Below, piece by piece: positions 10,415 to 18,606 of a DNA stretch of 20,000 bases. Under the pieces are notes generated by a model that was not told where the DNA came from, did not search any database, and saw only the letters and a program-made list of their open reading frames with translations. Origin of the DNA: an uncultured virus (IMG/VR IMGVR_UViG_3300032291_003129) (lineage: Duplodnaviria > Heunggongvirae > Uroviricota > Caudoviricetes); IMG/VR virus record IMGVR_UViG_3300032291_003129. The stretch is one strand, 5' to 3'. Position 1 is the first letter of the stretch; every line of letters begins with the position of its first letter. A program made the translations under genes and the position numbers.

Positions 10415-10758
10415 TACAAGTAAGAATAACCAGTATTTCAGGGGGTACAGTTCCAATTAGTGTTTATATTGCTGATGTTTACGGTAATAATAAATCTTTG
10501 CTTGGAACAATTTCTTCAAGTGTTCCGCCAACAGTTGAGTATAATTCAGTAATACCTTCAATATTTTATACTGCACCTGAGATAATGTTAATATTATCGG
10601 ATTCTTCGGGTTGTGAAGTATTCCAAATTTTAGATTGTACTTTCGGATGTGCATTTGCTATTACCATAGAATTGGCATCTTGTATTGTTGATATGACTAT
10701 ACAAGAGGCGTCTTGTACGGTATCAATTACTACTGATTTAACAATTACCACTACATAG
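10411..10758 (+). CDS. Small hypothetical structural protein (115 aa) with one degenerate SprB-like unit and three 11-aa Cys repeats
   Basis: The ATG at 10411 forms an ATGA overlap with the upstream TGA and is preferred over the GTG at 10402. Contains ISGGTVPISV...ILSDSSGC, then CAFAITIELAS/CIVDMTIQEAS/CTVSITTDLTI. Confidence 0.7.
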   Translation: MIQVRITSISGGTVPISVYIADVYGNNKSLLGTISSSVPPTVEYNSVIPSIFYTAPEIMLILSDSSGCEVFQILDCTFGCAFAITIELASCIVDMTIQEASCTVSITTDLTITTT

Positions 10759-10824
10759 TTTTGGCGATAATATCTTTAAAAAAATCTTTTTCTAATAAGT
10801 TTTAATGAAATCTATTCGTCGTGG

Positions 10825-10831
10825 TATTTAT
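10825..10831 (+). promoter_or_regulatory. TATTTAT intergenic motif (putative phage late promoter)
   Basis: GGTATTTAT 16 nt before the ATG at 10848; the same GGTATTTAT occurs at 3703-3711. Confidence 0.45.
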
Positions 10832-10847
10832 TTAATAAAAACCGCGG

Positions 10848-12761
10848 ATGACTACATATTCAATTCTTGTTACCAACAATGCTCCAGGTTGTAATAATGA
10901 CATAGAGCAACAACTTAGTGTAACAGGCTGTACAACATATATTGTTAGATTAGCTTCTAATTCAAATGCACTTGGTCCATTTAATGTTTATGTGGACACA
11001 AGTATTTATTATTCAGCACAAACAAGAACAGAAATGTTAAATGGTGTTGTTGTTAATTTGTCATGTGTAACACCTTCACCAACTGCAACTCCAACTCTAA
11101 CTCCAACTCCAACTCAAACGGACCCATTAACAGGTGCAACACCAACAACAACTTCAACACCAACAAATACTCCAACTAATACAACAACTTCAACAGTTAC
11201 ACCGACTAATACTGAAACTCCAACAACAACTCCAACAAATACGCCAACTAATACAACAAGTGTAACTCCAACTAATACGGCAAGTGTAACTCCAACTAAT
11301 ACAGAGACTCCGACAAATACACCGTCAGAGACTCCTACAAACACGCCAACTAATACCGAAACATCTACGCCGACTCCGACAGAGACTCCTACAAACACAC
11401 CAACAAATACTGCAAGTGTAACTCCAACTAATACTGAAACTCCAACACAGACTCCAAGTGAGACTCCTACAAACACGCCAACAAATACACAAACACAGAC
11501 TCCAACTAATACAGAGACTCCTACAAACACACCAACAAATACTGCAAGTGTAACTCCAACTAATACCGAAACATCTACACCAACTCCAACTAACACTGGG
11601 ACAGTAACTCCAACTAACACTGAGACAGTAACTCCAACTAATACAGAGACTCCGACAAATACACCTTCAGAGACTCCTACAAACACGCCAACTAATACCG
11701 AAACATCTACGCCGACACCTACAAATACTCCTACAAATACTGAGACTTCAACACCTACAGTAACACCAACTAATACAGAAACACCTACAAATACTCCAAG
11801 TGAGACTCCTACAAGCACTCCAACTGAAACACCAACTCAGACTCCAACAGTTACTAGCACACCTACTACAACATTAACATCAACACCTACTGAAACAGCA
11901 ACTTCAACACCTACTCCAACTAATACTGCAACAGTAACTGCTACAGCTACTGAAACTCCTACTCCAACAGTAACGGCTACATCAACTGAAACTCCAACAC
12001 CAACGGCTACTGCCACACCTACTGAGACGGCAACTCCAACTCAAACTGCAACTATAACTTCAACACCTACTGAGACACCAACAAATACACCAACGGTAAC
12101 ACAAACAAATACACCAACTAATACAGCAACACCAACACAGACTTATACTCCAACAACTACAACAACATTAACTCCAACTCCGTCAACTACACCACCTGCG
12201 TTATTGGCGTATATGATTATTGACCAAAACTCCACCACACCAAAAGCTAATTTAAATGCTTGGATGACATCAAAAGGAAGTACTTGGAAAGGATTTAATG
12301 GGGTCCCTGCGGCACCTAGTCAAATTCAGGCAACATTTAATAATCAAATGAACGCTTATATGAGCTATAGCGGATGGGGTGTTTATAATCCAGCAATAAT
12401 CACATCTCCAATATCTACGACATCTGGTGGAGTTGATGCTTATGGCCAACCAATTAGTGCGTATAAATTCCAAACAGCACAACTTCCTGTAGGGGTTATG
12501 TCAGCAACAAGTTGGGTTACTTGGTTTGTATCTACTGCGGCAACTAATGGACAACAATATACAACAATATACAACGGAAGTGATGCCGCTGGTTTACCAA
12601 GAACAATGACTACAAACTACTCAAATCTTATTGTGAATTATACTGGTAGTACAAATATGCCAGCAGGAGTTTATAAAGTATATACAACATATACAGATTC
12701 AACATTTAATGTTGCGGTGGCAAATTTACCACAATATTATAGAGGTGGGGATTTAATTTAA
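10848..12761 (+). CDS. Thr/Pro-rich stalk protein (637 aa): short Cys-containing N-domain, mucin-like stalk, ~185-aa globular C-domain
   Basis: Translation shows about 74 aa of complex sequence, a TPTNTPTET-type tract, then a W/Y-rich C-terminal domain. Confidence 0.8.
   Translation: MTTYSILVTNNAPGCNNDIEQQLSVTGCTTYIVRLASNSNALGPFNVYVDTSIYYSAQTRTEMLNGVVVNLSCVTPSPTATPTLTPTPTQTDPLTGATPTTTSTPTNTPTNTTTSTVTPTNTETPTTTPTNTPTNTTSVTPTNTASVTPTNTETPTNTPSETPTNTPTNTETSTPTPTETPTNTPTNTASVTPTNTETPTQTPSETPTNTPTNTQTQTPTNTETPTNTPTNTASVTPTNTETSTPTPTNTGTVTPTNTETVTPTNTETPTNTPSETPTNTPTNTETSTPTPTNTPTNTETSTPTVTPTNTETPTNTPSETPTSTPTETPTQTPTVTSTPTTTLTSTPTETATSTPTPTNTATVTATATETPTPTVTATSTETPTPTATATPTETATPTQTATITSTPTETPTNTPTVTQTNTPTNTATPTQTYTPTTTTTLTPTPSTTPPALLAYMIIDQNSTTPKANLNAWMTSKGSTWKGFNGVPAAPSQIQATFNNQMNAYMSYSGWGVYNPAIITSPISTTSGGVDAYGQPISAYKFQTAQLPVGVMSATSWVTWFVSTAATNGQQYTTIYNGSDAAGLPRTMTTNYSNLIVNYTGSTNMPAGVYKVYTTYTDSTFNVAVANLPQYYRGGDLI
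11070..12197 (+). repeat. Coding low-complexity (Thr-X)n repeat, about 376 aa
   Basis: Thr (sometimes Ser) at nearly every second residue, with X = P, N, E, A, V, Q or S. Includes an 89-nt near-perfect internal duplication (11286-11374 vs 11628-11716). Confidence 0.92.
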
Positions 12762-12789
12762 TAAAATAAAAAAATAAAAACATAAAATA

Positions 12790-15700
12790 ATGAGTTTTAA
12801 CTATAAAAACCCCGTATCTGCAACTTTAATTACAGGGCCGTTCTCAGTAGTTCGTGAATCTACTGCAGGTACTAACTTTAGTGTTGATACTGTTGGAGGA
12901 TATATGGAAGTATTCTATTTATCCGATTTGAATTGGACAATTCCTCAACAAACTTATGATGAGGGAGGTCCTGTACAATATTCAGGAAACTCAATACCAA
13001 TTGAGTTTTCTTATGGGGGTGATTTAAATCCACCACCTGTTCTAGAAATACTTACAATGTATAATGATGGTATTTCTTCTGGTAGAAGAAGATTGGGTAT
13101 GTTGGTATTTGTTCAAGAAACTCAGACGACATATCAGTACCATATTCCAAATTTTGAATCTCTTTGGAATGCCGCAGAAGCGGATAATTGTATAGATACA
13201 TTTACTACTGGATACCAAGTATATAATGCAGATAAAGACACTTTGGAGCCAAAAGCCTCAGGACAAGCATTTGTAAATGCTTGGACAGGGTCAACTATTG
13301 AAGGGGTTAGTGGTGTTACAAGAGAAAATGCAAGATGGAAAATTGCCAATTTAAATGACACCTTTGTTACAGGTGGTACATATTTTTCTGCGACTACAAC
13401 TTTACAGTTATATGAAAATGATGGTCAAACAATAACAATCACAGGATTTACAGGAACAGTAACTGGAGGAACATATAATAGTGGTACTTCAACAATAACT
13501 TTAAATAATAGTGATGGTAGTGTAGTATCAATTACGGGTATTACTTCAGGGTCTGGCTCAGCCTTATCAGTTGGAGATGGAACTACGACAGTTACTTCTG
13601 TTTCAGGGATTACATTTAGTGGAGCATCGGTTATAAATAATGGTGGTGGAAACATTACAGTATCAATAACAGGAGGTACTGGTACAAATGGTACAAGTGG
13701 AACTAGTGGTACTAGTGGTACTAGTGGTACTAGTGGTACATCAGGATTAAGTGGTGTTAATGGAACAAATGGTACTTCAGGTACTAGCGGTACTTCAGGA
13801 ACAAACGGTACTAGTGGAACAGATGGTACTTCAGGAACTAGCGGTACAGATGGAACTAGCGGTACTAGTGGAACAGATGGTACTTCAGGAACTAGCGGTA
13901 CAGATGGAACTAGCGGTACTAGTGGAACAGATGGTACTTCAGGAACTAGCGGTACTACAGGAACATCAGGTACAAGCGGTTCTAACGGAACATCAGGAAC
14001 ATCAGGTACAGATGGTACTTCAGGAACAAACGGTACTAGTGGAACAGATGGTACTTCAGGAACATCAGGTACAAGCGGTTCTAACGGAACTAGCGGTACT
14101 TCAGGTTCAAATGGAACATCAGGAACTAGTGGCTCAAACGGAACATCAGGAACTTCAGGAACAAACGGTACTAGTGGTACAGATGGAACTTCAGGAACAA
14201 ACGGTACTAGTGGAACAGACGGAACAAGTGGTACTTCAGGGTTAAGTGGTGTTAATGGAACAAGTGGTTCAACAGGTACTTCAGGAACTAGTGGTACAAC
14301 AGGAACTAGCGGTACAGACGGAACTTCAGGAACTAGTGGTACAACAGGAACTAGCGGTACTAGTGGAACAGATGGTACTTCAGGTACGGACGGAACAAGT
14401 GGTACTTCAGGTACGGACGGAACAAGTGGTACTTCAGGTACTAGCGGTACTAGTGGAACAGATGGTACTTCAGGAACAAGCGGTACTTCTGGAACAAGTG
14501 GTTCAACAGGAACTAGTGGTACTTCAGGAACAACAGGAACAAGTGGAACAGATGGAACTTCAGGTACAACAGGAACTAGTGGAACAGATGGAACTTCAGG
14601 AACTAGCGGTACAGATGGAACTAGTGGAACTAGCGGTACAGATGGAACTTCAGGAACTAGTGGAACTTCAGGAACTAGTGGAACTTCAGGTTCAACAGGA
14701 ACCTCAGGAACTTCTGGTACTTCGGGAACTAGCGGTACTGATGGAACAAGTGGTACTTCAGGAACTAGCGGTACGGATGGAACTTCAGGAACAGATGGAA
14801 CTAACGGAACTTCAGGTACAGATGGAACATCAGGTACTAGTGGACTAAGTGGTGTTAACGGTACATCAGGTACTTCAGGTACAAGTGGAACAGATGGTAC
14901 TAGCGGTACATCAGGAACAACAGGAACAAGTGGTACAACAGGAACTAGCGGAACTTCAGGTACAGATGGTACTAGCGGTACTTCAGGAACTAGTGGAACT
15001 TCAGGAACTAGCGGTACGGATGGTACTTCAGGAACTAGTGGAACTTCGGGCACAGATGGTACTAGCGGTACGAATGGAACTTCAGGAACTAGCGGTACAG
15101 ATGGAACAAGTGGTACATCGGGAACTTCTGGCTCTTCAGGAACTAGTGGTACAACAGGAACGTCAGGTTCGAGTGGTACAACAGGTACTTCAGGAACTAG
15201 CGGTACAGATGGAACTTCAGGAACTAGCGGTACAGATGGAACTTCAGGCACTAGTGGCTCAAGTGGTACGACAGGTACATCAGGAACAAGCGGTACGACA
15301 GGAACTTCTGGCTCTTCAGGAACTAGTGGTACAACAGGTACATCTGGGTCAAGTGGAACTACAGGAACTAGTGGAACTACAGGAACTAGTGGAACTTCGG
15401 GTACGGATGGTACTTCAGGAACTAGCGGTACTTCAGGAACGGATGGAACATCAGGTTCGAGTGGAACTACAGGAACTAGTGGAACTTCGGGTACAGATGG
15501 TACTAGCGGTACTTCAGGAACTAGCGGTACGGATGGTTCTTCAGGTACTAGCGGAACTTCGGGTACAAGTGGTACAACAGGAACTAGCGGTACAGATGGA
15601 ACTTCAGGTACTAGTGGCTCAAGTGGTACAACAGGTACATCAGGAACAAGTGGTACGACAGGAACATCAGGAACTTCAGGTTCAACAGGAACCTCAGGGA

Positions 15701-18093
15701 CTTCTGGTACAGATGGTACAACAGGAACAAGTGGTTCTTCAGGAACTAGTGGAACTTCAGGAACATCTGGTACATCAGGTACTAGTGGAACAGACGGTAC
15801 TTCAGGAACTTCGGGAACTAGCGGAACAGATGGTACATCAGGAACTAGTGGTACAACAGGAACATCAGGTTCGAGTGGTACTTCAGGTACAGATGGTACA
15901 AGTGGTTCTTCAGGAACGACAGGAACTAGTGGAACTTCGGGTACAGATGGAACTTCAGGAACAACAGGAACTAGCGGTACTAGTGGAACAGACGGAACAT
16001 CAGGAACTTCTGGTTCAAGTGGTACTACAGGTACATCAGGAACTAGTGGAACAACAGGAACTAGCGGTACTAGTGGAACAGACGGAACATCAGGTTCAAG
16101 TGGAACTTCAGGAACTAGCGGTACAACAGGAACTAGCGGTACAACAGGAACTAGCGGTTCAAGCGGTACAACAGGTACATCAGGTACAAGTGGTACAACA
16201 GGTACTAGTGGAACAGACGGAACATCAGGTTCAAGTGGAACTAGTGGTACAGATGGTACATCTGGCTCAAGTGGAACGACAGGAACTAGTGGTACTTCAG
16301 GAACTAGCGGTACAGATGGTACATCGGGAACTTCTGGCTCAAGTGGAACTAGCGGTACAACAGGAACATCGGGTTCAAGTGGTACTAGCGGAACTACAGG
16401 TACATCAGGAACTAGCGGTACAGATGGAACTTCAGGTACCAGTGGTACAACAGGTACATCAGGAACTAGCGGTTCTTCAGGAACAACAGGAACTAGTGGC
16501 TCAAGTGGAACTTCAGGTACAAGCGGTTCTTCAGGAACTAGCGGAACAACAGGTACTTCAGGTACAAGTGGTACTTCAGGTTCAAGTGGAACTAGCGGTA
16601 CTTCAGGTACATCTGGTACAACAGGAACGTCAGGTTCAAGTGGTACATCAGGAACTACGGGTACTTCTGGTTCAAGTGGAACGACAGGAACAAGTGGTTC
16701 TTCAGGAACTTCTGGAACAAGTGGTTCTTCAGGAACATCAGGTACAACAGGAACTAGCGGTACATCAGGAACAACAGGTACTAGCGGTACATCAGGTACA
16801 TCTGGTACTTCAGGGTCTAGCGGTTCGTCAAGTACAAGTGGAACTTCAGGTTCAAGTGGAACCTCAGGAACTAGCGGTACAACAGGAACGTCAGGTACTT
16901 CAGGGTCTAGTGGTTCGTCAAGTACAAGTGGAACTTCAGGAACAAGTGGAACAACAGGAACATCTGGTTCTTCAGGTACATCAGGTACAAGTGCTTCAGA
17001 TGGAACTAGCGGTTCAAGTGGTTCAAGTGGAATATCTGGTCAAGCAGGAACTTCTGGGGTTTCAGGAACCTCAGGTACTGCGGGAATAAATGGAACTAGT
17101 GGTACAACAGGAACAAGTGGTACTACGGGTACTTCAGGAACTAGTGGAACAACAGGAACTTCAGGTACATCAGGTATAGGTTCGGCAGGAACAAGTGGAA
17201 CTTCAGGAATAACAGGAACTTCAGGTACATCAGGTATAGGTTCAGAAGGAACAAGTGGAACTTCAGGAACAACAGGAACAAGTGGAACAACAGGAACGTC
17301 AGGTACTTCAGGTACAGGTTCTGCAGGAACAAGTGGAACTTCAGGAGTTACAGGATGTTCAGGATTTGATGGAACTTCAGGTATTAGTGGTACAAATGGA
17401 ATTTCAGGAACTAGTGGTACTTCGGCTACATCAGGAACGTCTGGTACAACAGGAACGTCAGGGACTAGTGGAACATCAGGTACAAGTGGTACATCTGGTA
17501 CTTCGGCAACCGCAGGTTCATCTGGTACATCAGGTACAAGTGGAACATCAGGTACAACAGGTACATCTGGTACAACAGGAACTAGTGGAACATCAGGTAC
17601 TTCAGGACTTGCAAATATTACAAATAACTTTAACGATTATGTTATTACTGCAACAGGAACTGCAGGCCAAATTAATGGTGAAACTAACATGAGATTTAAT
17701 GGTTCAACGTTATCAATCACGGGTGATACAACAATGACAGGTTCATTGACTGCGGCATCTAAATCATTTGATATCCCTCACCCAACAAAAGAAGGGTACA
17801 GATTAAGATATGGAGTTTTAGAGGGACCTGAACATGGTGTTTATTTTAGAGGTAAAACGACAGAAAATGTGATTGAGTTACCTGATTATTGGACAGGTTT
17901 AGTGGATGAGGATTCAATTACAGTTCATTTAACACCAATCAAAGGAGCAATTACTCACTATGTAGTTGATGTTAAAGACAACCAAATTAAAATTGACTCT
18001 TACAACGGAATAATTAACACTTACTATATAATTCACGCTGAACGTAAGGATATTGATAAAGTTTTACATGAGTACAAAACAATTATTGAGTAA
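12790..18093 (+). CDS. Giant G-X-Y (Gly-Thr-Ser) repeat fibre protein (1767 aa), putative tail/virion fibre
   Basis: N-domain with RRRLGMLVFVQE and two 31-aa VTGGTY repeats, ~1311 aa of G-X-Y, a neck NNFNDYVITATG...INGETNMRFNG, and C-terminal KSFDIPHP...LEGPEHGVYFRG...IELPDYW, which I recognise from phage fibre C-termini. Confidence 0.82.
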   Translation: MSFNYKNPVSATLITGPFSVVRESTAGTNFSVDTVGGYMEVFYLSDLNWTIPQQTYDEGGPVQYSGNSIPIEFSYGGDLNPPPVLEILTMYNDGISSGRRRLGMLVFVQETQTTYQYHIPNFESLWNAAEADNCIDTFTTGYQVYNADKDTLEPKASGQAFVNAWTGSTIEGVSGVTRENARWKIANLNDTFVTGGTYFSATTTLQLYENDGQTITITGFTGTVTGGTYNSGTSTITLNNSDGSVVSITGITSGSGSALSVGDGTTTVTSVSGITFSGASVINNGGGNITVSITGGTGTNGTSGTSGTSGTSGTSGTSGLSGVNGTNGTSGTSGTSGTNGTSGTDGTSGTSGTDGTSGTSGTDGTSGTSGTDGTSGTSGTDGTSGTSGTTGTSGTSGSNGTSGTSGTDGTSGTNGTSGTDGTSGTSGTSGSNGTSGTSGSNGTSGTSGSNGTSGTSGTNGTSGTDGTSGTNGTSGTDGTSGTSGLSGVNGTSGSTGTSGTSGTTGTSGTDGTSGTSGTTGTSGTSGTDGTSGTDGTSGTSGTDGTSGTSGTSGTSGTDGTSGTSGTSGTSGSTGTSGTSGTTGTSGTDGTSGTTGTSGTDGTSGTSGTDGTSGTSGTDGTSGTSGTSGTSGTSGSTGTSGTSGTSGTSGTDGTSGTSGTSGTDGTSGTDGTNGTSGTDGTSGTSGLSGVNGTSGTSGTSGTDGTSGTSGTTGTSGTTGTSGTSGTDGTSGTSGTSGTSGTSGTDGTSGTSGTSGTDGTSGTNGTSGTSGTDGTSGTSGTSGSSGTSGTTGTSGSSGTTGTSGTSGTDGTSGTSGTDGTSGTSGSSGTTGTSGTSGTTGTSGSSGTSGTTGTSGSSGTTGTSGTTGTSGTSGTDGTSGTSGTSGTDGTSGSSGTTGTSGTSGTDGTSGTSGTSGTDGSSGTSGTSGTSGTTGTSGTDGTSGTSGSSGTTGTSGTSGTTGTSGTSGSTGTSGTSGTDGTTGTSGSSGTSGTSGTSGTSGTSGTDGTSGTSGTSGTDGTSGTSGTTGTSGSSGTSGTDGTSGSSGTTGTSGTSGTDGTSGTTGTSGTSGTDGTSGTSGSSGTTGTSGTSGTTGTSGTSGTDGTSGSSGTSGTSGTTGTSGTTGTSGSSGTTGTSGTSGTTGTSGTDGTSGSSGTSGTDGTSGSSGTTGTSGTSGTSGTDGTSGTSGSSGTSGTTGTSGSSGTSGTTGTSGTSGTDGTSGTSGTTGTSGTSGSSGTTGTSGSSGTSGTSGSSGTSGTTGTSGTSGTSGSSGTSGTSGTSGTTGTSGSSGTSGTTGTSGSSGTTGTSGSSGTSGTSGSSGTSGTTGTSGTSGTTGTSGTSGTSGTSGSSGSSSTSGTSGSSGTSGTSGTTGTSGTSGSSGSSSTSGTSGTSGTTGTSGSSGTSGTSASDGTSGSSGSSGISGQAGTSGVSGTSGTAGINGTSGTTGTSGTTGTSGTSGTTGTSGTSGIGSAGTSGTSGITGTSGTSGIGSEGTSGTSGTTGTSGTTGTSGTSGTGSAGTSGTSGVTGCSGFDGTSGISGTNGISGTSGTSATSGTSGTTGTSGTSGTSGTSGTSGTSATAGSSGTSGTSGTSGTTGTSGTTGTSGTSGTSGLANITNNFNDYVITATGTAGQINGETNMRFNGSTLSITGDTTMTGSLTAASKSFDIPHPTKEGYRLRYGVLEGPEHGVYFRGKTTENVIELPDYWTGLVDEDSITVHLTPIKGAITHYVVDVKDNQIKIDSYNGIINTYYIIHAERKDIDKVLHEYKTIIE
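13681..17613 (+). repeat. 9-nt-period coding repeat (GGW ACW TCA/AGY) encoding about 435 G-X-Y triplets
   Basis: 3933 nt = 1311 aa of GTS/GTD/GTT/GSS/GTN triplets with no Pro, and three 2-residue interruptions near the 3' end. Confidence 0.95.
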
Positions 18094-18100
18094 TCAAAAT

Positions 18101-18145
18101 AAAAGGAAAAGAAAGGGGAGTTATCACTCCTTTCTTTTTCTTTTT
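18101..18145. terminator. Rho-independent terminator, probably bidirectional
   Basis: AAAAGGAAAAGAAAGGGG (18101-18118) pairs with CTCCTTTCTTTTTCTTTT (18127-18144): 18 bp with two G-U pairs and an 8-nt loop, 7 nt after the fibre stop codon, with a U-rich 3' side and an A-rich 5' side. Confidence 0.8.
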
Positions 18146-18149
18146 AACA

Positions 18150-18157
18150 TATTTATA
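18150..18157 (+). promoter_or_regulatory. TATTTATA intergenic motif (putative phage late promoter)
   Basis: Immediately downstream of the terminator and 30 nt before ATG 18188, where a new promoter would be required. Confidence 0.55.
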
Positions 18158-18187
18158 GTCAATAAATTAATTGAAAAAAAACATTAA

Positions 18188-18589
18188 ATGTCGATATTAA
18201 GTTTAAAAAATGGTATAAGTTCTATTAGTGGTGCAACCGTAAAAGGAGATTTTAACTATTTTTCTGGAGGTACTAGAGCATTAGGACCGTCAGATGTAAC
18301 AGGTTTTTATTCTGGATATGATGCACCTGAAAATGGGTATTCCGTATATAAAACATTTGGTGCGAGTGGATTTACAATAACTATTGCAGAAGATACATTT
18401 GAATTGAATTACATTTTAATTCGGATGGGAGGAACTGGTTCTACCGTTGACCAAAATGTTACATGGGCAACAAATACTGATTCTGTTTTTGTTAATAGCG
18501 GAATAACAACACCACAATTCTATATACTTACACAGGAGGGTCAGATAATTGCAGCCCAAGATGGTAGTGCGATAGAATATCAACATTAA
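18188..18589 (+). CDS. Small hypothetical virion protein (133 aa), possible fibre adaptor
   Basis: ORF with an A-rich leader, core GPSDVTGFYSGYDAPENGYSVY and C-terminal FYILTQEGQIIAAQDGSAIEYQH. Confidence 0.7.
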   Translation: MSILSLKNGISSISGATVKGDFNYFSGGTRALGPSDVTGFYSGYDAPENGYSVYKTFGASGFTITIAEDTFELNYILIRMGGTGSTVDQNVTWATNTDSVFVNSGITTPQFYILTQEGQIIAAQDGSAIEYQH

Positions 18590-18594
18590 GATAA

Positions 18595-18602
18595 TATTTA
18601 TA
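18595..18602 (+). promoter_or_regulatory. TATTTATA intergenic motif (putative phage late promoter)
   Basis: In the 17-nt gap, 4 nt before ATG 18607. Confidence 0.5.
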
Positions 18603-18606
18603 CAAA

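Noticed and set aside
10756..10770. Stop-codon reassignment (TAG readthrough) as seen in some large phages
   Set aside because: Genes are full length under the standard code, and the single TAG stop is followed by an in-frame TAA four codons later.
11114..11818. Minus-strand 234-aa VGV-rich ORF
   Set aside because: Antisense shadow of the Thr-Pro repeat.
5072..13361. Short (60-80 aa) nested or antisense ORFs in the track
   Set aside because: All lie within longer, well-supported + strand genes and show no motifs.
13681..17613. GTD triplets as Bacteroidota O-glycosylation sequons
   Set aside because: The known sequon is D-(S/T)-x and the host system is periplasmic. Here Asp is followed by Gly, so any glycosylation would need a different enzyme.
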